This document shows positions 49,763 to 61,529 of a stretch of 64,000 bases of DNA, in pieces. The position numbers were made by a program, and so were the translations under genes. The notes under the pieces were generated by a model that was not told where the DNA came from, did no database searches, and saw nothing but the letters and a program-made list of their open reading frames with translations. Source of the stretch: Calcarisporiella thermophila CBS 279.70 (lineage: Eukaryota > Fungi > Calcarisporiellomycota); NCBI RefSeq assembly GCF_041956535.1, contig NW_027192191.1:1440610-1504609 (forward strand), written 5' to 3'. Numbering within the stretch: position 1 is the stretch's first letter; every line of letters starts with the position of its first letter.

Positions 49763-50983
49763 CGTGATATTCTATAGTTAATATCCTTTTTTTTTTCTTG
49801 CTTGTTTTTTTTTATTCAATTTTGAGCACCTTTCAATTTTTTTTTACTTTTTTATCTATTTCAATTCTAAATATTCAACTACTATTTTATTAATTTATTG
49901 TGTTTTTCTCCCTTTCCTTCAGAGTGTGATCTCCATTCATTGCTTCTAATTTATTATTGATATGATTGTGTGTGCGTTTGGGATCTCTTGTGTGATCATT
50001 ATTTCCAGTAGTATTCTCATGATATGTTATATTCTCGATCTATCTATTCTTTCTATTTTAATATATGCAACACAACTCACCCTTATCAAGGAGATTAGGT
50101 CATAGCGCCTTTGGAGGAAGGAACCCTTGCGCTTGGGACCGCTCAGCGCTTGGTGTACTTTCGAATTGGGTATAATGATTTTGAAAAGGTGTCTCTCCCT
50201 GTGCATCCGAGGAGCAAGAGGGGCGGGCATCTCCGAAAGCCTGCCTTGCAAGCGGATGGGGTGGGTGTCACTTTGATTGACGAGGTGGCAACACGGCATT
50301 AATTAGGTTAGGTGTACATATTGGAGGCGCAACCTCCATGTTTCTCAAAATGCAAGTGGGCATGGACGATAATGGTGCAAACACGGAGCAATCTATCTAA
50401 GGGTGTAACCGCTTGGCACGGCAGTATCTTAAGGGAGTGTGGGATACGCGGCAGGGGGACAGGAGCGACCTGGCATTCGCTCCATATCGACTAGACAGGA
50501 GCGGCTCCTTTCTTAATATTGTCAGCATTCATAAGCTTGCTTCAATACCACCAAGAACCTTCCGTCAATACCAGTGTCGCATTGAATTTCCTCGCCGCCC
50601 CTAAGGGTCCACAAGCTGAGCCGTCGTAAGCATTGTCGCGGCGGTATAAGCTCGATATCCGTTGGTAATATGTCTCCCTTTGCAATGCCGTGGGGCTGCA
50701 GCGGCTTGGATCACGTGATCGATTCAATGAAGCTTCACTCCGCCTATAGTGGGTGATGGAGTTTTATGTGTTATTGGGTTCTATTCTGTTCAATCTGATC
50801 TTTCCGATTCATATTTAATTCATAGCACCTCTCATTTGCGCCCTATGATTCGATTCCATTGAAAAGTAGCCCTTTCCTGTTTTCCATTCTTCAACCTTTT
50901 CCCCTGTTTTTCGCAATCTCTAGATCTCAATCTCATCTATTTATTTTCATATAATCATTCTCATTAATTCGCAGCCAAAAAAC

Positions 50984-53226
50984 ATGCCCAACTCACCAAA
51001 CTGGAGCGAAGACATACCCATGGTACCAACCAGTACCTCGTATTCCCATACATCTTCACCACAATCTAATGCCCTTTCAGATGAGCTTGCCTCGCCTTCT
51101 CCTGATCCCCGCCAACCTGTAACAACGGTGCATATCTGCTCCGTTTGCCAACAGCCTGCCACTTTCATGTGCTCTGCATGCGGAAGAGAAGGCCCGAGAT
51201 ATTGCTCGACGGAATGCCAAACAAACGATTGGGATCGGCATCAAACTGAGTGCCGCGGTAGTGGTGCAGCTAGGGAAAATGATGCCGGGATCAGAGTGGA
51301 TGATAGTGCTGAGAGTTCCGCGGTCAGACGGCCAGCTGGGAGAGGCAATGTCGCACAAATTATCAACACGAGAAGTAGATGTCGCATTCTAGTCCCTTCT
51401 TTTTTAGAACGATTTAGCGATAACTTATCTTTTTATTTTTTACTATTATTATTAGAGCGGCGGAAGATGTACGCACATGAAGGCCATTCACCTCAGACCG
51501 GTGGGCAACACCATTCTGAAAACGGCGTCGACCCCTCAGCATATGATCCGGATATGATTGAGGAGTTCAAATTTTACATGGAACAGATCTATCTCATCAT
51601 CCGCCCGGTCGTAGTTTGCATTGTTCTAAGTATCCTTTGGGTGAAAATTGCCAATAGCGGGAAAAGCAGCTATCGGTAGCTTATTGGTAGATGGATTTAT
51701 TAACATATTTATTCTAATACTTTTTCATAAACTGATTAGGCCTGTGGCTGCATACCAGGTGTTCACCGAGACCTCCTCTACGACCACGTCTGAACAGTTC
51801 CTCGGGTCGCTGGCGAACGCTGGGATTATTATCGGACAGATCATTCTAGTGACCATTATCATCGTCTGTCTATTCAAGCACGGCTTTATAAAGGTAACTC
51901 AGACTGCTGAATAGCCGATGAAGATGTGCAGTGGCTGACATTTTTACGCTAGATATTGGTGGGATTTTTTATGATCGTTGTGCTGATGCTTTTGGGGTTC
52001 ATGACCTACCTCCTGATTCTGTGAGTATCTGTATTCCCGGAGTCTGCGAGAAGTCAGCGTGCTTACCTCTGTTTTGGATAGAAACCTTATACAAGTCTTT
52101 GCCATCCCCCTCGATTATCCGACGCTTATTTTCTGCCTGTGGAACTTTGCCGTAGTAGGCCTCATCAGTGTGTTTTACAAAGCACCCCTATGGCTGCAGC
52201 AGATCTATCTGACCATCTTATCCTCCCTGATGGTAAGTGGAGTGGTATTGGAGGAAGGGATGTCTGCGACACGACTGATGAGTTTGGTTGCATTATTATT
52301 AGGCATTTGCTCTCACGGCATTGTACGAATGGACAACGTGGATCTTGCTTGCTTTGTTAGCCATATGGGGTAGGCCCAACATTTGTTTTCAATGCTCCTG
52401 TGTTTGTTTAACGATTAAAACACGTTCATTTCGCTAGATCTGATTGCCGTGTTGTGTCCCTTCGGTCCCCTCCGCATTCTTGTCGAAAGTTCCCGTCAAC
52501 AGCAACGTGACGTCCCCGCCCTCCTTTACTCAGTGAATGCTGTGTGGTTGATGGCTACGCCCGCACACCACCCCTCCTCCCAGCTCGATTCTCTCGCGGA
52601 AAACAGCACGCCATTGGTGGATGAGGGCCGCGTGGTGGTGAACCAGCGGAGATCCGACGGCTTTGCACCGCTTCGTGACGGGAATGCTTCGGGACCCGAC
52701 CTGACGGGGCGTCCAGAGCAAAACGAAGAGAGAAGGCAAGAGGAGGGCGAGGGGAGGAATCGAGAGGCGGAAGAGGAGGAAGAGGAGGATGAAGGTATGT
52801 GTACTGGTTAGCTTCATGCCGACGTGAGTTTTCGCTCAAGGTTCCATCCCTGTCCTGTGGGATTTTTTAGAACGAAACGGTTTAAAGTTGGGCCTCGGCG
52901 ATTTTGTCTTCTACAGCGTGTTGATTGCCCGTGCAGGTAGGCTGAGCCAAGAGATAGAAGGATGTTGAATCCAGTCGCTGTATTAATCATGCGTGTACCT
53001 ACTTCCCTCCACCACAGCTCTCTATGACTGGATCACGACGGTTTGCTGCTCGGTTGCGGTTCTAACTGGTTTAGCAGCCACCATTTTCCTCCTAGCCATG
53101 TACCAAAAAGCACTCCCCGCCCTCCCCATCTCTATCGCTCTCGGGATGCTCTTCTACTTCATTTCCCGCTATGTTTTGGTGCCGTTTGTAGGGAATGTAG
53201 CCAGCTTGGGAATGGTGATTGTTTAG
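50984..53226 (+). CDS. PSEN: Presenilin (GxGD aspartyl intramembrane protease) with N-terminal MYND zinc finger
   Basis: Catalytic W|DLIAVLCPFGPLR and KLGLGDFVFYSVL, PALP motif (KALPALPISI), WNFAVVG, EWTTW. MYND finger CSVC…CSAC…YCSTECQTNDWDRHQTEC at 51137-51253 in the same ORF as TM1. Confidence 0.93.
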
Positions 53227-54166
53227 TTTTATTTTTTTTTTGCTGTTTTATATACATACAAATATATATTTTATATACACGTTTTGTTTTTCATGCGAGC
53301 CCGCTGTAGTTTCACTATTTACCTGGCTTTTCCACCATAACTCTATTCTCAGCTATTAATATCGGGGGGAGGGGGGTTATATTTGTTTTGTTTTCCCTTC
53401 CTGTCTCGGTCCCTTTCTTCCTTTCCTCCTTTACCTTTTGTGTACTATTCGCTTTTCCTATCCCGCCTTTCTATTTGTGCACCATGCAATATCACCTTTA
53501 TTGCAGGTTTATTATAAGGTCTTAATTTTGTAAATTTCATCCGGAGACATGGGTGTAGGCGAGCTTTTTTATTGCGTGGAAGCAATATTAGTCGTGTGCA
53601 ACTAGATGTCAACAGGGGCAGAGAACCTGTGTTGGACAAGTTTTATGAGACGACTGAGCTGGAAGCGATATTGGATTAGAACTCATTAGAATTGATTAGT
53701 CGTGATTTGGTTTGAGGCGGAGAACACAAGGTTTCCACCTTTCCCCTTTTGCACAATCAAATCATCGCGATTGCCAAAAGCGGCATGGGAGATAATGGCG
53801 AGATAGGGGGTGGGCTGATTCGCATAGCGGGAGGAATGCATACGTGGAAGCTTTGGAAGGGCTCCCGCATAGATCTCCCGTGCGTTTCGGCCAACTGGTG
53901 CCCCCCCGCTTAATGAGCGAGTTCGAGGTGCGGTTTCTCGAAAATAATGATAATAATTATATCCCCCAATTAAACTCCCGCCAAACCATCCTAGGTTCTC
54001 TCGGTTTCTAAACAGGCGTCCACCGTTCGACCGTGTATATAAGCGTATAAGCTTCCCACATTACGCAAAACTCCTCCAGTTTTCCGCCTTTTTTTTCCTC
54101 CCTCATTTTTTCTTTCTTCTTCATCTTCTTCTTCATTCCTCCATTCAGAGCCAAAAATCACTAAAC

Positions 54167-54979
54167 ATGTACTCAAAGGCCACTCTTTTCTGCCTCCTCG
54201 CTCTTTTGGGCATTGCATTCGCACAGCAGCAAATCTTCATCACCAACCCCACCCAGGGAACCGTCTGGGAGGCGGGTAAGAAAGCCACCATTGTCTGGTG
54301 AGTCTGTCCATCATCCCTCGCCATTTTCGGCAATTCATTAACCCACTCTTTGGCATCCTTTTAGGACCGGTGGTTCTGGTCAGGTTCCTATCAAGCTCAT
54401 GACGGTATGTATTTATCCCTGCCATTCCAGCATTTCATTCCATGTATGTAATGCATTTTATTTTTGTTCTGCTAGGGTAACCCCAATGCTCTCCAACAAG
54501 TCGCCGTCATTGGTACCGTTGAGGCTTCCACTGGCACCTTTACTTATGATGTCCCTGCCAACCTCCCCGCTGGCAACCAGTACGCTATTGCCATTGGCAA
54601 CCCCCCCCCCGCCTACTCTCCCCAATTCACCATCCAGGGTGGCGACCCGAACAAGCAGGCCCCTGCCTCCTCTGCCTCCGCCCCCGCCTCCGCTCCTGCT
54701 TCTGCTGCTCCTAGCGCTTCCTCCGCCCCCGCTCCTTCTGCCCCTGCTTCTGGCTCGGCTTCCGCTTCGGCTCCCGCTTCGTCGGCCGCTCCCTCGGCCC
54801 CCGCCTCCAGCGCTGTCCCCGCCCAGCCTTCCTCCAATGCCAAGCCCGCTGCCTCCAACGCTCCCGCCGCCTCAACCACCCCCTCGACCTCGGCTCCTGC
54901 CCCTAAGAGCGGCGCTGGACAAATTGCTCCCCTCGCTCTCGGCGTGTTGGCTCCTTTGGCGGCCGCTTTGGTCTTCTAA
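54167..54979 (+). CDS. GPI-anchored Ser/Ala/Pro-rich cell-surface protein with Kre9/Knh-like N-terminal domain
   Basis: Signal peptide; ITNPTQGTVWEAGKKATIVW|…YSPQFTI; SAPA-rich stalk; SGA omega-like site with hydrophobic tail. Two introns. TATATAA about 130 nt upstream. Confidence 0.88.
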
Positions 54980-55442
54980 AGTGATGGTATCTATCTAGAG
55001 TCCGTTTTTTTTTTATTTTCTACCTTTTGTTTCCACTTTTACACAACACTGGAGAAAAAAAAAGATATGGATTTGAGAAACTTCGTAGTGAATGCTTTTC
55101 TTTTCTATTAACAAGTTATGTTTCCCCCTCTTCTTTTGATACGATACTGTCGACTAATGAATATATATCACTTTATTTGCTGTTCTTATATAATTTCTAC
55201 GCTTTTTTTATAATACACACTATTTATCATCGGACAAGCGACAGCAGTAGAAGATGAGCTTCCGAATCACTCATAGAAGTAGTTAAAATGGGATCAGGGG
55301 AAGAGGATGACCATCCCGTAGGACCAGCATCAACAAAAAAATAGAAAGATTCATTAGTGGTTAAATAAACGTCTAGTACAGTAATACAGAAATTAGTGCA
55401 AAGGGACCGAGGTCACACGTGGGAGCGGAGCCGCAAAGGGAA

Positions 55443-57064
55443 TTACACAAGTTCTACGTAGGCTGGGGTCGGCCACAAGAAGGATTTGATCCAGGGGAAG
55501 ACCTCCCAGCTGAGCAGCAGGGGAGAGTATGCCAGCAAGACGAGGGCGAACACCGCCATCTCCCACCAAAACCCATAGGTGTCGATCAGGAACCCGGCGA
55601 GAATGGGACCGATCGCCATCCCAAGCGAATAGGCCATGTTATAGAGTCCATACACCCGCCCGTTAGCGCCGCTTCCCATCGCGTGGACGCGGCTCCCGAT
55701 TTCCGGGAGCAGCGGGGTGGTCATAAGGCAGCTGGCTGCACCACAAAGCAACAGGGGAATCAGCGACAAGTAGACGCTCCGGTCCGGGGGGATGGGGACA
55801 AAAAAGAGCGTGACCGCGAAGCAGAGCGCGCCAATGCCGCTTACGAGCAGGCGGCCGCAGCGGTCCGCGAGATAGCCCACCAGGGGGGAGAGGAAGGTGG
55901 GCACGATCATGGCGATGAACAGGAAGCCGATGGTGGTTTCGTCCGCGTGGAAGGTTTGGCGCAAGTAGATCGGCAGGGTGGGCTCGATTCCGCAGAAGAT
56001 GCTGCTTGCGACGATGGTGGCACAGAGGACGCAGAAGACCACGGGGTCGCACAGAAGGGTGAACATCGTGGGGGAATAGGAGGGCGCTGGTCCTTCCGGC
56101 GGAGCGTCCACGGGAGACACCAGGCGGGAGGACTCGTTCGCGTCCGAAGAGAGCGAGGCCGAGGTTGACAAGGTGGAGGCATCCGACAACTTTCTTTTGC
56201 TCTCGGATGGCGACGAGGCCGCCGTGGTCGGGCCCAAGCCCAGCTCATTTCTCAGCTGGATCGGCTCCACCATCCACACCACCGCCATCAAATTAACCAC
56301 GGCAAGCGCTGCGCAGAGCGCAAATGGCGCCTTATACCCCCAGTACTGGAACATGAATCCTCCCAGTGGAGGCCCGGTCACGAGCCCCAACATGTTGATG
56401 GCCATGGCTGTTCCCATGACGACCCCGAGATTCTCGGGCGGGAAGACATCGGCCAGCATGCCGAGGCCAATGGTCCACGAAGTGCCTCCAGAAAAGCCCT
56501 GCATCGTGCGGGCGAAAACAAGCTGCCAATAGGTGTGCGCAGTACCAAAGCAGAAGGTGGAGATGCAGAGACCGAGCATGCCGATAATCATTGGATACTT
56601 TTGGGGGGAGCGTGGAAAAAAAAAAGGGGGGGGGGGGGGAAGAGCTGTTAAACACGGAACTGAAGCGCGCTTTCGAGTTGCAAAAACCAACTTACTCTTC
56701 TATTTTCATATCTGTCACTCAACACGGCAAAGATTGGTGTGGAAATCAGAAGCCCTATGGCATAGCAAGCGAACAGGTAGCCCACTGCCTTCGAATCGCC
56801 GCCCAATTGGTCCTTCACAACCGTTGGCAGAATCTTTATCCGGAAGCAAGGAATTAATGAATAAGAATTAGAGGCAGAATGCTCTTCAAACCGGCTTTGA
56901 TCATGATGGAATCACGCCAATCCACTTACAGGAACGACAACGCCATAAACGAGCATGTCGATGAACAATGCTAATGAGGAGACGCATAAAACAGCGTTGC
57001 TGGACCGCCGGAACCGCTCCATTTTAGAAGTGGATGGTCTGGACATGAGACCTTCTATCATCAT
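55443..57064 (-). CDS. MFS transporter, SLC18/vesicular amine transporter-like
   Basis: LALFIDMLVYGVVVP|ILP…, ARTMQGFSGG, GPPLGG, IEPTLP, GYLADRCGR, YGLYNMAYSLGMAIGP. Start at 57064 or 57046. Confidence 0.88.
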
Positions 57065-58112
57065 GGCAAGGGCGACTTGCAATGGGGCCGGTATCTTAGG
57101 GGAGGAAGGATATATATGTACCGGTTGATCTTCCGATAGCTGAACTTGGGAAGAAAACCTAAAACGGAAGCCGTTGGGATATGCTGCAAAAGGAGAAAGT
57201 CAAAAATAAATACAAATACAAATTGTTTTCAAACAAGGAAAATTGACCCAAGAGATCATCTTGAGTCAGTGGCTTACTAAGGGGGAAATCTTTTCATCTG
57301 TATATATTTACATTAGTGAAATCCCTACCTAGTGCTGTTAGCAATCAAATGGGGAATAGTGTCTGCATAGGGCAGCACTCCTTAAATCTGTTCTCGTCAA
57401 AAAAAATGTCAGTTTCCCATCGCATGCTTGCAAGTGAAGAGATGAAGAAGTATTCGAATAGGGAGAAAATGGACCCCTATTTGGAGAGACGAGTCTAAAA
57501 CCTCCTCTCACCTTAAATTGGGCATCGCCATTTGGGAGCATCTATATTGAAATTGCTTCGAAATGTAAGTAGCCCTGTGCATAAAGAAAGAATGGCAGCG
57601 CGAGGGATTGGGTTCTGGGAGTAGTAGAAAAATGAAATGACTTTGGGATTGAATCTCCTACCCCGAGATGGCCCAGGGCTCAGTATACATTCGAATCGAT
57701 ACTGCTCGCTTTTCTCGCCATCCTTCCAATAAACAGTGCTAGAGGCTCTAGGTAGCTCGCTCATTTTGAGCCGAATACCAGGACTCTACCACGCAGGGTG
57801 GCTAGAAACGATCTAAAGTCGGTCACCCTCTCCTTGACCAAACCCAGAGAAAACCATTCTAAAATGTGGGCCTACATGAATATCGAATATGAAATTATTG
57901 GTGGTCGTGGTTTCGAGAAGCAAGAATAAGGAAAGTAGGATCTTGGAGTTCAAGAAGTTTAAGGGGAGCCACCCTGCGCCAGTGAACGACAGCCTGCTCT
58001 GTGGAAGAACTCAGTATTATGATCAAATCATCCATTATTGAAGAATAATTAAGAGTTATGAGGTGAACGCATATGAGACAAAAATAATAATAAAAAGAAG
58101 CCAGAATTCCTC

Positions 58113-61100
58113 TTAAGCCCCGACCAGTCGGTTTGTGTAATGCATGTATGGAAGCGTCGCGTTCTGCATGCGAATGCTCTTTCGGGAGTTTTGAGGGTTG
58201 GCGGTGTGATTTGCCTTGGTCTCCGAGACCTAAAAGTACCAGAAAGTGAGAGAGAGATGAGTGGAAGATCAAACATGGGGGCTGCCCTCTCATAAATAGT
58301 TACCGCACTCTTCTTTCTCATCCCGCGCAAGATGTCTTCGTAGTGCTTTGAAAGGGCGCTCCGTAACACACGCTCACGGAGGCCATCAGGGTTCAGCCAC
58401 TTGAGCAAATTGTCCAGCTCCTCTCGTTTCTGGAAGTAAGCCCACCCTGTAAACGCCTCGTCTTCCTCTGCATACCCGTCCCTCCTCATTCGTTCCTGTA
58501 TCCTGTCGAGGCCGCGCTCCTCTAGTAGTGCCACCTCCTGCTTGCTTGGTGGCTCAATATAGACCCGGCCTGTTGGCGGGAGCAGCGCTGACCCAAGTCC
58601 GTCCAAGTAGTAGTATCTAAAAAAGTAGCGATCCCGCCCCAGAGGTTTGATCCGTGCTATGCTCAACCGTCGGATGTCGAGCTCGAGCTGTGACTCCCGC
58701 TTCTCCAGGCTGGCCACGTCTTCTAGAATTTTGGCCCGTTTCTTGGCATGCTCTCGCCGCCTTGCATTTCGCGCTCGCCTTAGCATTTGCTGATGCTCCA
58801 GCTCCTCTTGCCGGCGTTTCTTTTCGGCCTCTCTCTCTGCCCGTTTGAGCTTGAGAGCTTGCTGCCGCTTCCGCAAATTGGCACGGGCACTTGTATCAGT
58901 GGAAAATAAGTGTGGAGTTGGATGGAAGGATATGGCTATCTTTTCACAAAAGATACTCACCTTTCCTCTTCGCTCTCTGGGGCGTCTCTCGATCTGCTAT
59001 TATCGCCGGAGGCGCTTCCTTTATTCTCCTTCCCGTCAAGCTCCCGTGAAGGCTCCTCCTGCGACTCTTCGTCGTCAGAGTCTTCACTTTCATATTCCTG
59101 ATCCAACTCTCGCAGAAGTGCTTGTCTGGACAAGGAAAAAAAAAATACCCCCATTGTTAAATGAAGACCGCTACTTCGAATTCAGGCCTACTTACATTCG
59201 TTTTTTCTCACGGGGAATCTCATTCAGTTCTTTTAGCTTGGTATTCAGCTTTTCGTTGCATTCGTCGATATAACCCCTACGGAAGAAAAAGTTCACTAAT
59301 CAGCGGATCCAACTCTGGGAGCAACGGTCATAACTCACTTAATAGCTGATGTGCCATTTACTAAATCAATTAAGAACTCCAATATCTGTAACTTGTGCTG
59401 CACTTGCAATGTGGGGTAATGTTCTACGATATCCTTTGGTCCAGCCTCAGGGGGTACCATATGATCAAGAATGTGGTCAAGATTAGGAAATTGGTCTCTG
59501 TTGGCAAGCTATTGGGGGAGGGGGATGACGGGTGAATATGCCAAATGCATGAATGGGGGGAGCAGGGGCAAAGAACATACTTCATATAGACAGCCAACTA
59601 ACACGATCTCCCAGCCCTTTCGCTCCGCGCGTATTGGCTGTCGATCCCAGCCTTTGCTAAATCGCTTAACATCTTCCTCGTTCTCCAACCATTCTTCCTC
59701 TGAATCCCCAGCACTCGATGTCTCATCCTCCGGATAACCCGATCTCTTCTTACTCCGAGTGCGCTCTGCAATAGAACTAGAAGTGCTGTCTTTGGCGTCC
59801 GTATTCTTTTCTTCAGAAGGGGAGCGCTCGGCCAATCGACCTAGGGCAGAAGATAACACAGGCGCTATTGAGCACACCGACTCGCCCCGTAATCGCTCCT
59901 TTATAATGATGTTGAGGAGCGCCGAGTGGTACTCTGCAACCATTTGGCATTTGGGCATATGGGTATCGTGCAAGAGGGATGCCTCGAAGTCCTCTAGAGG
60001 AAAGGGCGAGAGGTTGAGGGGTTTTCTGTAGTCAAGGTCGATGTATAAATCAGAGTTAGAGCCAGTTCATCAGATAGGATCATCAAGACTGTGCGGACCC
60101 AAAGAATACAAGAAAGCTCCACACAAGAAGGGCAGAGTCAAAATAATCTGCGGGCACGGAGAATTCGCGTGAAGGCCTCGGACGAACAGGGGTATCCAGT
60201 TTGCTTGAAAGATCCAAGTCGTCCGTAGGTTGTGCATGCTCTACATAGACAGAGATGTGAGTACGCTTGGGAGATAAAGGGGGAGGAGACGAACCAAGCA
60301 CACCAACCTTTTCCACTCGATTTTACTCTTTTCTGTGAATTTTGAGTGTTGTGAGGATTCTCTTCTCCGTCTTTTCGTCTCTTGCGAATATTTACACTAG
60401 CATCTCCGTTGGCTCGCTCATGGCTTGAAGGAAGCCACGTATCTATACAGTATCTTTTGGCCAGGAAAGGCTAAATATTCCCACCAGATACAATGAGGAA
60501 ACAAAGTTAGTTTGATAATCTGGATACGACCGACTTTGGCGAGGAATATTCACCTTGACCATCCATGGGGCGTGGGGATAGTTCTCTTTATATGCTGTTG
60601 CACGCACAAAGTATTTCAGGAGATTTTTGGAGAATACCATTGTGTCACGACTGAAGAAGAGGCGATGAAAAAAAACAGATATGTTCAGAAAAGGAGGCTT
60701 GGGCGATGAGAATAAAAATGCAATTACCAGATCTCCCTTACAGTCGCGATTTTGGTGTAATTTTCTAGCAGCTGGCCCCTAGGGTCCACCAGGTATATTC
60801 GGTATTTGGTGGAGAGAGGGGCGAAATTCTCACTGCCTGAATGGCTGCTTGATACCGCCGGAATTACCTCCGTGATGACAGCGTTGTAGCTTTATAAGTG
60901 GTCGTCAGTGTCAGCCGTGGTGGAGACGAGGGCATGAATCAAAGTATACTCACGAGGCATTTCCCCATATAACCTGCACATATTCTCCTTGCACATATCG
61001 GTCGCTCAAGTAAGTGTAAAGATCATCCGCAACGGCATCAACACTACCTGCGTCTGTAGGGAAGAAGAAACGCCGAAAGGCGTATTGCCAAAAAAAAAAA

Positions 61101-61529
61101 TTAAAGACGAGTATTCATGTCTACGTATGACCCATACTCACGCCCGTGAATCCGTTGAAGTATCAGCTTTTTCAAACCTTCAGCAAATCTGCTATCCAAA
61201 TAACGAAACTCCTGCTCCTCTGATCTTAAGGCCTCCTCATAAGTGAGATTGCAACGACCCGAGATCTCGCACTGCCATATTCTTTGTTTATATACATCAG
61301 AGTACCTCACGCATTCCCTACAAACATAGCATACAAGTGAACTCGAGCTCAGACTCATAAAATGACAAAAAAGCGCTCGGCCATTTGAATGATGTCAAAA
61401 TAATTACTCATGGTTTGACTCAATCTCATCAGTGAGGTCAATCACGTACGGTGGTGTATTGTGATCGCTTGCACTGTTACGATCCTGAGGGTCTACGAGT
61501 TGCAAGTGCCTTGGTCTCACCAAGGGCAT
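58113..61529 (-). CDS. ITC1: ISWI accessory subunit Itc1/ACF1-like (WAC, DDT, WHIM motifs), many exons
   Basis: WAC YKQRIWQCEISGRCNLTYEEALRSE; DDT LLVWSFLVFFG|KPLNLSPFPLEDFE; WHIM2/3 IKPLGRDRYFFRYYYLDG…WLNPDGLRERVL; last exon ends PYMHYTNRLVGA*. Confidence 0.87.

Noticed and set aside
50709-50720. Perfect palindrome GATCACGTGATC (E-box) upstream of presenilin
   Set aside because: Single 12-bp palindrome, plausible by chance in 64 kb.
41441-58935. RTATCCTT matches as U12-type donors (41441, 49781, 51630, and ~58930 on the minus strand)
   Set aside because: They fall in coding exons, a UTR or inside an ordinary GT-AG intron, and no gene model needs them.
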